A stretch of 32,602 nucleotides of DNA from a virus (lineage: Duplodnaviria > Heunggongvirae > Uroviricota > Caudoviricetes). Of the stretch, positions 1-8,704 are shown piece by piece; the stretch's first letter is position 1, and each line of letters opens with the position of its first letter. Below the pieces are notes generated by a model, which saw nothing but the letters and a program-made list of their open reading frames with translations, had not been told where the DNA came from and searched no databases. Location of the stretch: the IMG/VR virus record IMGVR_UViG_651324052_000001, positions 1 through 32,602 of that record; one strand, written 5' to 3'. The position numbers and the translations under genes were made by a program.

Positions 1-379
1 CACAAAAGGTAGTGGAAATGTTGGGACTCCGGGATGCGTTTCTTTCATGTTTGATGAGAAAGGACAGATCATTATTGCAAAAGAAGATTGCGATATGGAT
101 TCTGACGAACTGATGATGCTTGCTTTAGATGCAGGAGCAGAAGATTTTGTGGAAGAGGAAGACAGCTACGAAGTGTTGACAGTGCCGGAAGATTTCAGTG
201 AAGTTCGTCTGAAATTGGAAGAAGCAGGAATTCCGATGGCAAATGCAGAGGTGACCATGATCCCACAGACATGGGTAGAGTTGACAGATGAACAGGATCT
301 GAAAAATATTCAGAAGACATTGGATCTGCTTGAGGAAGATGATGATGTCCAGGAAGTGTACCACAACTGGGATGAATAA
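1..379 (+). CDS. yebC: YebC/PmpR family protein, 3' part (gene starts before the window)
   Basis: The frame is open from nt 2 (TKGSGNVGTPGCVSFMFDEKG...). It contains ALDAGAED and ends LLEEDDDVQEVYHNWDE, both typical of the YebC family. GC content is visibly higher than in the downstream phage DNA. Confidence 0.93.
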   Translation, partial: TKGSGNVGTPGCVSFMFDEKGQIIIAKEDCDMDSDELMMLALDAGAEDFVEEEDSYEVLTVPEDFSEVRLKLEEAGIPMANAEVTMIPQTWVELTDEQDLKNIQKTLDLLEEDDDVQEVYHNWDE

Positions 380-578
380 GAAATTCAGTTTAGAGTATAG
401 CATGTAGTTATTTTGCAGCAAAAAGGAGAAATAATACTACAAATCATGACTCAGTAATGATAGACAAAACGAAATCTAATCATTCAGTTACGAATATACG
501 AAATGTATAGTGGCATCTTTGGATAATGTATATTTACGCATAATTAATGTATAAATAATGTTTGAAGGAGTGACCACT

Positions 579-1487
579 ATGCTTTTGGAAGATGTTTTAG
601 AAGAATTTATATTTGATTGTAAATTACGCAGATTAAGCGAAAAAACCATAAAGGGATATAGGAATAACAATTTACGTTTCTTCACTTTCATAAAAAAAGA
701 ATATGATATTGATGATTTGGGGAAAATTCAAGGCAATGTGATTAATGCATATATAGCATATCTTACTTCAATTGGAAGAAAACCGTCATATATAAACGGA
801 ATCATAAAAAGCTTTAGGGCATTTTACAAATATTGTGAAAATGAAAAATATGTTTCTAGGAATCCTATGAATAAGGTTAATTTCCAAAAACAAGGCAAAA
901 CATTAATAAAAACTTTTAATGATAAAGAAGTAAGAGATATGGTTCGTTATTACGGTAGTGTAAGATATTTAGACATTCGTGATAAGTTAATCATGGTTAT
1001 GTTGCTTGATACAGGAATTAGAAATTCAGAATTATGTGGACTTTTAATTTCAGACATCCGATACGATCATATTCTGATTAGAGGAAAAGGAAATAAAGAA
1101 AGAGTGGTTCCGATTTCTCCTATATTGAATAAAATTCTTATAAAATATAAAAGGGTAAGAAATCTGTATATAAAAGATAAGTTTGCATATCAAATAGAAT
1201 ATTTATTTTTGTCACAAAAAGGTAAAAAGCTTACTCCAGAGACAGTGGAACGTGTCGTATTGGAGTGTGCTGAGGCATGTAAAGTAAGGAAAACTATTCG
1301 TTGTAGTCCGCATACTTGTAGGCATTATTTTGCACAAGCTCAATTAAAAAATGGATGCGATTTATATACGTTATCTCGTCTTCTAGGGCACAGCAATATA
1401 AATATAACTAAAATTTATTTGCAGTCAATGGACGATGAACGTGTGCTTGATATGGGAGTAAAGACAAGTCCTTTAATGAATTTGTAA
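579..1487 (+). CDS. Tyrosine recombinase/integrase (XerC/D-like, ~302 aa)
   Basis: It has an N-terminal SAM-like region and the catalytic set TGIRNSE (R), GKGNKER (K), HTCRH (HxxR), LGH (H) and TKIY (Y). The RBS GAAGGAG before ATG 579 favours that start over 558. Confidence 0.93.
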   Translation: MLLEDVLEEFIFDCKLRRLSEKTIKGYRNNNLRFFTFIKKEYDIDDLGKIQGNVINAYIAYLTSIGRKPSYINGIIKSFRAFYKYCENEKYVSRNPMNKVNFQKQGKTLIKTFNDKEVRDMVRYYGSVRYLDIRDKLIMVMLLDTGIRNSELCGLLISDIRYDHILIRGKGNKERVVPISPILNKILIKYKRVRNLYIKDKFAYQIEYLFLSQKGKKLTPETVERVVLECAEACKVRKTIRCSPHTCRHYFAQAQLKNGCDLYTLSRLLGHSNINITKIYLQSMDDERVLDMGVKTSPLMNL

Positions 1488-1497
1488 AAGTAAAAAA

Positions 1498-1531
1498 ATG
1501 GGTAGTAGAGAAATTAATCTCCACTACCCAT
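1498..1531. terminator. Bidirectional intrinsic terminator between integrase and endolysin
   Basis: ATGGGTAGT...ACTACCCAT inverted repeat, flanked by an A-run on the left and a T-run on the right, between convergent genes. Confidence 0.8.
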
Positions 1532-1555
1532 AAATTTTTATATTGATAAATAAGT

Positions 1556-2584
1556 TTAGAACAACTGGAATTTGTCGATTGCGACGCCAAGTTTACCTGC
1601 ATATCCGTCTTGACCACTATGTGTTTCATTATCGTACTGCCAGTCGTAGTATTCGCGCCCCTCTAACGTAGACACTCTGTACTGTGCTTTCTGCCAACCA
1701 TATTTAGCGGCGTAATCAGATGGTGTGTCGTAATAAACCTGAATACCATCAATAGGTTCTCCACATCCTGCATAACCGTTATTGTGGTCATTCCAGTTAT
1801 AACCATCAACCCAAGGCAACCAATTTTTACCCTTGACATGAACTCTATATTTAACATGACCAACATTACACCTGATAGCAATATCTGTAATAGCTACGCC
1901 ATCACCTGCACCAGCCCAGTCATTTAAGTCTTTTACAGGCGGATAATTCTTCCCACCGGCTTTAACCTGGTATTCAAAATACAGTTTCTCACCTTTATAA
2001 GTAGGTTGTGGTTTGGAAGGTTTAGACGGTGTAGGAGTAACCGTAGGTTTATTTGGGACTGGTGTATTCCCACCTTCGATTCCAAATGCTCCTAAAATAG
2101 CTCTAGCGATTTCATCCGTCTTATTATTAAAAACAGTTAAGTCATCAAAATTAGAAATAAATCCACATTCTGCAAGTCTATATCCAAATCCTCTGTTAGC
2201 CGCTACATCAACATTCTGTAAATCATTTCTTCCTACAATTTTAGACGCTCTGCCCGGAAAAATAGCTGCTAAATTATTTGCCAATGCTGTATCAAAACTA
2301 TCAGGATCAAATCCACCTTTGATTACGATATGCGCTCCTCTTGCAGTTTCGACACCACTATCCATATGCAATTCTACAATCTGCCAATCGGCTGGAATAT
2401 TAAGAGACGCGATACCATTACTTTGATAATAATCCATGTTAAAATCTCCTAGAGTTACATTGTCTCCACCGATAGCTTTTACTCTAGTTGCCAATGCTCT
2501 TACTCGTTCCGCTTCTGAGAATCCATGTCCGCATGCCCCCGGATCTCCTGCTCCATGTCCTGCGATTACAAATAAATGTGCCAT
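1556..2584 (-). CDS. Endolysin: N-acetylmuramoyl-L-alanine amidase (Amidase_3) with Pro-rich linker and C-terminal cell-wall-binding repeats
   Basis: Zn-amidase motifs VIAGHG, SEAE, VELH and AECGF are present, followed by the linker PTVTPTPSKPSKPQP and repeated W...GYAG motifs. The RBS AAGGAGG precedes ATG 2584. Confidence 0.9.
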   Translation of the reverse strand: MAHLFVIAGHGAGDPGACGHGFSEAERVRALATRVKAIGGDNVTLGDFNMDYYQSNGIASLNIPADWQIVELHMDSGVETARGAHIVIKGGFDPDSFDTALANNLAAIFPGRASKIVGRNDLQNVDVAANRGFGYRLAECGFISNFDDLTVFNNKTDEIARAILGAFGIEGGNTPVPNKPTVTPTPSKPSKPQPTYKGEKLYFEYQVKAGGKNYPPVKDLNDWAGAGDGVAITDIAIRCNVGHVKYRVHVKGKNWLPWVDGYNWNDHNNGYAGCGEPIDGIQVYYDTPSDYAAKYGWQKAQYRVSTLEGREYYDWQYDNETHSGQDGYAGKLGVAIDKFQLF

Positions 2585-2614
2585 AGTAACTTCCTCCTTA
2601 ATTTTCTGTAATAT

Positions 2615-2657
2615 AAAAGAGCCACTGTCTACCAAGATTAGTAAACAATAGCTCTTT
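2615..2657 (-). terminator. Terminator-like hairpin upstream of endolysin
   Basis: Minus strand reads GAGCTATTGTTTAC...GTAGACAGTGGCTC followed by TTTT. Confidence 0.55.
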
Positions 2658-2697
2658 CTCAATCGTATTCAGTTTTAAATTGTTGAGTTTTATGTGA

Positions 2698-2826
2698 TTA
2701 CTCAACTACTAAGTCGCCGCATCCACATTCTCTTAGGATACGTGCAACATCAGCTTTTAAACTTGCTGGTACTTTCTTGTAAGTTAATTTCCCGTCAACG
2801 ATTCTGTAAGCTAAAAATTCTGCCAT
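2698..2826 (-). CDS. Small CD1375/XkdX-like phage protein (42 aa; not in the ORF track)
   Basis: Translates as MAEFLAYRIVDGKLTYKKVPASLKADVARILRECGCGDLVVE, with a strong RBS (AAGGAGG). Its position after the tail fibre accessory gene is typical for this family. Confidence 0.75.
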   Translation of the reverse strand: MAEFLAYRIVDGKLTYKKVPASLKADVARILRECGCGDLVVE

Positions 2827-2841
2827 AATAAATTTCCTCCT

Positions 2842-3210
2842 TTATAAATGCATTGTATTTAATATTAAATCTTGAAGTGCATTATCAGACACTTCTTGTC
2901 TTTTTTTTAATTCATCTATTTGATCTTGTAATGTAGGTTGTGGTTCAACTGGCGGTAATGCCTCATAAGCATATTTAATTAAGATATGAGATGGGATAGT
3001 ACCCTCATCTGTAATCTGTTCTTCAACTAACATATATGACTCCACAATAGTAAAGCCTTCTTTTGGTGGAAGACCTACTTCTGATTTGACAGGATACCAA
3101 CCTAACTTTCGCAAGATTTCATCTGATGGGTTAATAATATTTTTTCCTTCGTAATTTACAACTCCATATTGTAAAATTAATTGCTCGTTTAATATTTTCC
3201 CGTATGACAT
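2842..3210 (-). CDS. Phage tail-fibre-associated protein (XkdW-like position)
   Basis: RBS AGGAGG; C-terminal PVEPQPTLQDQIDELKK coiled segment; lies directly upstream of the CD1375-like gene. Confidence 0.6.
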   Translation of the reverse strand: MSYGKILNEQLILQYGVVNYEGKNIINPSDEILRKLGWYPVKSEVGLPPKEGFTIVESYMLVEEQITDEGTIPSHILIKYAYEALPPVEPQPTLQDQIDELKKRQEVSDNALQDLILNTMHL

Positions 3211-3222
3211 GCTTAGCCTCCT

Positions 3223-4719
3223 TTATGATTTTGTTTTGTATTCAACACTGATTCCACATGGCACTTCTCCACTATCCACCATAATATTCGTTGTGCCATT
3301 ATAACTGTGCAGATTCCTAAGTTGTGTCTGTTCTTCTTGCGAGAGTGGAACGAATTGTGATTTTTTACTTTTTAATAAAATTTCAATCGGAGTCCCATTA
3401 CCAAGCATATCTTTTAAATACTGTGAAAATACTTTTAATGATTCTGTAATGTTTTCTGATCCGCTTTCTAAAAGGCGCAAATTTTTGTCGTCCTTTAAAT
3501 AAATCGAGTTTGAATATACCCCAGCTCCAATTGTAAATGTACAGTCTTTAGATAAGCTGTGCAATGTATCCGAATAATCGTAACATTCGCAAAACGCTCT
3601 ATCAAATCTTTGGATATCGTAAACTATAGTATAGAATTGTTTATTATATATCGCCCATCGCTCTTCTCCAGTTAATGCAATTTTTTCAACATTATACAAC
3701 CACCCAATCTGTCCACTCTGCTCGACAAGTTTGTCCCATTTGGTAATTGGGCGGTCTGATGTGAGAGTGAGGGTTTGTTCAGTGTAAGGCTCATAAGGGG
3801 TCGGTTCATTTCCATATTCAACTTGTATTTCAGAATACACACCACTTTTTATATGTGTTCCTCTAACTTTTATCGTCGTTATTGGATTTTCAGAATTTAC
3901 TTTAAAAGGAAGCCCGTCTGCCATTGAATTATCATACACAGCTCTACTTGTCCCATCTTTAAAACATACGATTAATCTAGCTTGATTATTTTCTACTAAA
4001 ACTGTTGAATTGTTGCTCTTGATATAAATATTGTTTTTTATCAAACACGGTATTTCTAGCCATTGTGGTGTTTCGGAAGTAATGTCCTTTATATCAAGTA
4101 AATTCTTCCCAGTAACTTTCACATCCACTTCATACTTCTGCTTTTCTTCATTCCACTTTCCGGCGGACTTAATCTCCTGCGGATACTCTGGACTTGGGGA
4201 TGGTTTGAGTCCTGTATAGGGTTCATAAGGAGTTTTAGACGACGCCTCCTCCAACTGGATATCAAAATATTCTTGCGATAATTTAGTCGCATTCAATTCA
4301 GTATCTCCGCCAGAAAATCCGACATATATTTTTCCGGAATCGAGCGAATTTAACGTTTCCTCTGTTTTTAATTTATTAAAAATACTTTTCCGCTGAACAT
4401 CATTTGCAATATTAAAATTAATGCTTGGTTGATCTGTCTTTCCAGAAACAGATAGGCAATAATTTGTATTTTTCTTGACATCAAAAACTATAGCTGCAGT
4501 AATGTCTATTTTCGCAAGAGTTTCTGTCGTTATGTAATTCGAGACATCCGAAGCTTTTTTAATATCAAACAAATTCTTCCCTGTCGTAGTAAGTTGTTCT
4601 GTGCCGCCAATCAGTTCCAATCTTCTAAAGAAACTTTTTACACAATCCAATAAAACAACTGTTTCATTCCCAGTAGCAACATGCCACTCATAACTTGTAA
4701 TCGTTCTTCTTCTAATCAT
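3223..4719 (-). CDS. Putative tail fibre/receptor-binding protein with duplicated module
   Basis: Contains two internal repeats, TGKNLFDI...IQLEE...TPYEPYT and TGKNLLDI...IQVEYG...TPYEPYT, of a kind common in Firmicutes phage tail proteins. Confidence 0.65.
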   Translation of the reverse strand: MIRRRTITSYEWHVATGNETVVLLDCVKSFFRRLELIGGTEQLTTTGKNLFDIKKASDVSNYITTETLAKIDITAAIVFDVKKNTNYCLSVSGKTDQPSINFNIANDVQRKSIFNKLKTEETLNSLDSGKIYVGFSGGDTELNATKLSQEYFDIQLEEASSKTPYEPYTGLKPSPSPEYPQEIKSAGKWNEEKQKYEVDVKVTGKNLLDIKDITSETPQWLEIPCLIKNNIYIKSNNSTVLVENNQARLIVCFKDGTSRAVYDNSMADGLPFKVNSENPITTIKVRGTHIKSGVYSEIQVEYGNEPTPYEPYTEQTLTLTSDRPITKWDKLVEQSGQIGWLYNVEKIALTGEERWAIYNKQFYTIVYDIQRFDRAFCECYDYSDTLHSLSKDCTFTIGAGVYSNSIYLKDDKNLRLLESGSENITESLKVFSQYLKDMLGNGTPIEILLKSKKSQFVPLSQEEQTQLRNLHSYNGTTNIMVDSGEVPCGISVEYKTKS

Positions 4720-4722
4720 TTT

Positions 4723-5674
4723 TTATTTCACCATCCAATTAGCATAAGAAAGACAGTTTTCCATGATGCTTACTTCATAAATGTTATTATTTTCAATAGA
4801 CGATAAATCTGATAAAACAGTTTCAGGGAGTGAGAGAGTGGTTTTTACACTAGGATCCGTAGATGACTTGAAAAAGAAATGATATTCATTAACAATATTT
4901 TCATTTGTAATTGGTGCAAGTGTAATATTGATTGTAGAAGCATATCCTTTATCTGTATTTTCAATAACAGTAAGCGTATTTGGCTGAATAGTTACATCAC
5001 CATCCTGTACTTTTACTCTAGGGACATTAGAGGAAGTTCCATCTGCTCCGTCATTAATCTTCGCTGTTTTTGTCCCAGCAGAATCTTTAATAGTGATTGT
5101 AGTTGTTTTCCCAGACTTGGAAACCTCAACAGTAGGAGACACTCCGTTTTTACCCGGTGTTCCATTTTCACCAGTTACTTTTCCGACATCCTTAGTAGAT
5201 TCGTCAGTAAAAGTTAAAACCAAGTGCCCAGAATCATTAATTTGAGTCGATTTGATTGACAAACCATCTTTACCATTAGTGCCGTTTGCCCCCCGGATTT
5301 CCTTTGTCTCCCTTTGCACCTTTTAATGCTTGTAATTGTTCTGGAGAAAAGTCGGAATATTTAAAGGATAAATCATCTAATGATACTAAATCAAACCAAT
5401 CTTCTGTGCCTACATATCGCCATTGGATATGAGTTTGTGTCTTCTGTAATTCAATTTCTCTTCCGTCAGAACCGCCAGAAGATTTTGGCTGTAATACCCA
5501 TGTTTTGTTCTGCTCGTCATATTCATATGTACTTCCGTCCAGTTCATGTAATTTACTTCCGTTTGTGATAACTAATCCGTCAATAGTCCCAATAGGTTTT
5601 TCATCTGCCTTTAAGCATTCTATCTCTAGGACTTGACGATTGTGATAATCACCGATTTTGTTTAATGTAATCAT
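4723..5674 (-). pseudogene. Collagen-like tail protein split by a +1 frameshift in a G6 run (ORFs 5276-5674 and 4723-5319)
   Basis: Removing one G at 5289-5294 fuses the two ORFs and restores an uninterrupted Gly-X-Y series, GAKGDKGNPGANGTNGKDG. The RBS GAAGGAGG precedes 5674. Confidence 0.7.
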
Positions 5675-5739
5675 AAAACCTCCTTCTCTATGTTAGATAA
5701 GTGCGGCATAACCCCTACACTTATCATTACATGTAGCTT

Positions 5740-6096
5740 TTATCGCATTACTACTTTTTGTTGTAAATTTTCTAGCATACTGGTTAATTCTTGTACTGTT
5801 TTTTCTAAAACAGAAACACGATCATCCACTTGCAATTTTTCAAAACAAACAGTAATCATATCAAAATTTTTATCTATCTGATTCTCTAATATGATATTTT
5901 TTAATTTCATTTCAACCGTATATGAAATAGTTTTATTTTCATCTATAATTGAAAATTTATTTAAAACCTTATCTGCAAAATAATTTGTAATCGTTTCATA
6001 TGAATACTTATCAAAAGTAAAGACACATGTGTTCTCTTCTATATAACTAATATTTAATTCTAAATTTTCTTTTTCACCTATTTTTAAATACTGCAT
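5740..6096 (-). CDS. Hypothetical phage tail accessory protein
   Basis: ORF within the operon with a C-terminal coiled coil. The spacing of the GGAG RBS favours ATG 6096. Confidence 0.6.
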   Translation of the reverse strand: MQYLKIGEKENLELNISYIEENTCVFTFDKYSYETITNYFADKVLNKFSIIDENKTISYTVEMKLKNIILENQIDKNFDMITVCFEKLQVDDRVSVLEKTVQELTSMLENLQQKVVMR

Positions 6097-6116
6097 AATC
6101 ATAATCTCCATTTCTA

Positions 6117-8633
6117 TTAGGCTGTTCGTCTCCACATATAACATGTGACGTAAGGCTGTAAATTTGTTACTTGTGTATCTGCGGTTGAACCAGAAACCGT
6201 TGTTGCGTGATTTACACGGTTGGCTGGTATGTTGGTCTTTAGATTTCCGTGACTGAAGGCGTAATCATACAATACACCACCCTTATTAGTTGCATCATAA
6301 CCAATAGAAGTTGTATCATTGTCAACAGCACCAATATTGGCAACCAGTGATCCTCTTGTATGATGGTGAGAAACTGTTTTGCTACCGCCTGTTTTATTCG
6401 ATGAATTGAACTCTATTTGATTTGTATCTACACCAACAGGAACTCTACCTGCTCCCCATGCTTGCCAAGTGCCTCCAAATGTATCACCAGGATTACTGTT
6501 ACTAGTAGTCATAACAATAGATCCAACTGGATGCATAAGTAGATATAAACTTTTAACAGCATTACTTATGACAGAAAATCTATTATTGGAATTCCATCTT
6601 GATCCCCAAGGTTTCCATGATTTTGAATCAACATGATCAAAATATCGTTCAAATCCTCCACCAATATACTCATATATAACCTGTTGAGGATAGTTGTCTC
6701 CAGTTCCTTTTCTGACTTCCATCGTAAATGCATAACCAGTAGGACAATTTTTTAATGTCTTAGCGGTCGTATTTAAAGGACAATAGTAATTACCTACTGT
6801 TTTGTAATTATTTAAATCAGCTCCTTCTGGTATCTCTATTCCGCCGTCAGATGCATCAAGGGAAGATCTCTTATCAATTTGTTCCATAACATATCGATTC
6901 TTAGCTTTTATATCCTTTTGCACTAATAAATTAGCTTTTGTGTCCTTCACGTTTCTTTCGTCAGGTGTTACCCCCATAAGAATATTACCGTTGTCCATAA
7001 TGTTCATTGCAGATACACCTTGATTTGCATTAGGAGTAATGGTGTAAGATGTTACTTTGTCCGAAACTTTAAATTCAAAGACATATGTTTTATTAATATC
7101 TAATGTTAAAAATTGTGGCTCATTGATAGCAATAACAAAATCTTCACCAGATTCAGATGTTGTGTAATTATTTAGTTGTGTATAAGTTTCTGGGAAGGGT
7201 TTGCCTGATTCGGCATAGCGATATTGCAGTGTTTGTATACCATTTTTATTTGATCCTGCAATATTAATTTTTGAGATTAATGTTGTAACCTTTAATGCTG
7301 TTTCCGCTTCAAATCCATTTAGACGATCAATACTAGCGGAAATAGCAGGTGTATGATATGGGTATACGACGAGAGTTTTAGAAACTACTGTACTTGCATT
7401 CCCACGACTGTCTACCGCGTCAATTCGAATAGTATAAGTTCCCGATGATTGTAAACTACCTATGTCTACATTTATATCACTCAAAGAGTAATTTATTTTT
7501 TTGGATATAATTGTGTTACCAGAACTTATAACAATATTATAATATTTCATTGTTGCACTATTTTTAGCAACTGCTTTATTTGCGCTTGCAATTGCCACTC
7601 GTAAATTTCCAAAAAGAGAAATCATATTTTGAGTATTACCAATTATATTAACAGTTTTATTGTCTGTATTCTGAAATGTAAAATTTGTAAATGTTGGATT
7701 ACTATTTGTTACTTTTGCAGTGCCTGAAACAGTATTTGTATATTCCTTTCCGTTCAAAGAAACTCCACATATAACCTTAATTTTTAAAGAATTGGAATTA
7801 GGGCACAAGGAATAAAGGGTAGAAGAGTATCCTGATAAATTCCATGAATATGAAGCAGCTTGAATATTAGATACGGTGGCTATTTGTTGCCAATTTCCAT
7901 CTGTTTTCTGAGCGTAAAATCTTAAAAATGATTTATTATTTCCATAGTTAGAAAATGAGAGAGATAAACTGCCACCAATATTCATACTTAATGATGAATT
8001 GGAAATTCGAGCAATTGATTTCGTAGTAAAAGAAATACTGTTTGATGTAGTATATAACCCTGAATCGGTTCTTCTAACTCTGATTTTGATATTATAGTTT
8101 GTTCCTGGAGACAGACCAGATATTGAAAATGTACTCCCTGATGCATTACTCCACGTTGATCCGTCGTTTAAAGAATATTGCAACACATCACATTTTGAAT
8201 CTGCTGTCCAATAGAATGTAGCACTATTTACTGTTGTTGCTGTATTTTTAAAGCTTGTAATATTTGCATATCGTGGAATTTTTGTTAAGGTGGCGCTTCC
8301 ACTTGCGCCCAAATCTGATGGGGAAATACCCGTGTAATAGTACCCATCAAAACCTATATGTTTACTACCATCTCCGTTATGTGCAATTGTAAATGTGTGG
8401 CTGCCAACAGTCCACCATTGATTTTGAGGATGGTATCCCCAGTCGAATGTAAAATATTTATTACCTGTACTCTGCCCGTCACAATTAATTCTCCAATAGG
8501 CATTCCCTTGATAGTTATATCCAATCATAGCATAATCAGTTCTTCTGATTTGAAAAGTAACAGTCACATTAGAACTGTTTGCAACAGAACCATTAGAAGT
8601 ATGACTCTGTATAACTCTTGCCTCATAAGGCAT
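6117..8633 (-). CDS. Minor tail/fibre protein (DUF859-like N-terminus, FN3-like domain, pyocin-knob-like region, Gp10-like C-terminus)
   Basis: Motifs TIAHNGDGSK and LTKIPR; FN3-like ISGLSPGTNYNIKIRV; DLNNYKTVGNYY; C-terminal HPVGSIVMTTSNSNPG...NLQPYVTCYMWRRTA. RBS GGAGGTG. Confidence 0.8.
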   Translation of the reverse strand: MPYEARVIQSHTSNGSVANSSNVTVTFQIRRTDYAMIGYNYQGNAYWRINCDGQSTGNKYFTFDWGYHPQNQWWTVGSHTFTIAHNGDGSKHIGFDGYYYTGISPSDLGASGSATLTKIPRYANITSFKNTATTVNSATFYWTADSKCDVLQYSLNDGSTWSNASGSTFSISGLSPGTNYNIKIRVRRTDSGLYTTSNSISFTTKSIARISNSSLSMNIGGSLSLSFSNYGNNKSFLRFYAQKTDGNWQQIATVSNIQAASYSWNLSGYSSTLYSLCPNSNSLKIKVICGVSLNGKEYTNTVSGTAKVTNSNPTFTNFTFQNTDNKTVNIIGNTQNMISLFGNLRVAIASANKAVAKNSATMKYYNIVISSGNTIISKKINYSLSDINVDIGSLQSSGTYTIRIDAVDSRGNASTVVSKTLVVYPYHTPAISASIDRLNGFEAETALKVTTLISKINIAGSNKNGIQTLQYRYAESGKPFPETYTQLNNYTTSESGEDFVIAINEPQFLTLDINKTYVFEFKVSDKVTSYTITPNANQGVSAMNIMDNGNILMGVTPDERNVKDTKANLLVQKDIKAKNRYVMEQIDKRSSLDASDGGIEIPEGADLNNYKTVGNYYCPLNTTAKTLKNCPTGYAFTMEVRKGTGDNYPQQVIYEYIGGGFERYFDHVDSKSWKPWGSRWNSNNRFSVISNAVKSLYLLMHPVGSIVMTTSNSNPGDTFGGTWQAWGAGRVPVGVDTNQIEFNSSNKTGGSKTVSHHHTRGSLVANIGAVDNDTTSIGYDATNKGGVLYDYAFSHGNLKTNIPANRVNHATTVSGSTADTQVTNLQPYVTCYMWRRTA

Positions 8634-8649
8634 TAAATCACCTCCAAAT

Positions 8650-8677
8650 AAAAAAAGAACTGATACGCTATCAGTCC
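8650..8677 (-). terminator. Intrinsic terminator-like hairpin directly upstream of the RBS of the 838-aa gene
   Basis: Minus strand reads GGACTGATA-GCG-TATCAGTTC-TTTTTTT. Confidence 0.7.
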
Positions 8678-8704
8678 ATTTTCGTTTAATAATTATATTT
8701 AGTT

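Noticed and set aside
125-691. Minus-strand ORFs 125-421 and 488-691
   Set aside because: They are antisense to yebC and the integrase and have no independent support.
3223-8633. Diversity-generating retroelement or shufflon acting on tail fibres
   Set aside because: No reverse transcriptase, adenine-specific TR/VR repeat pair or invertible repeats were seen. The internal repeats are diverged protein-level duplications.
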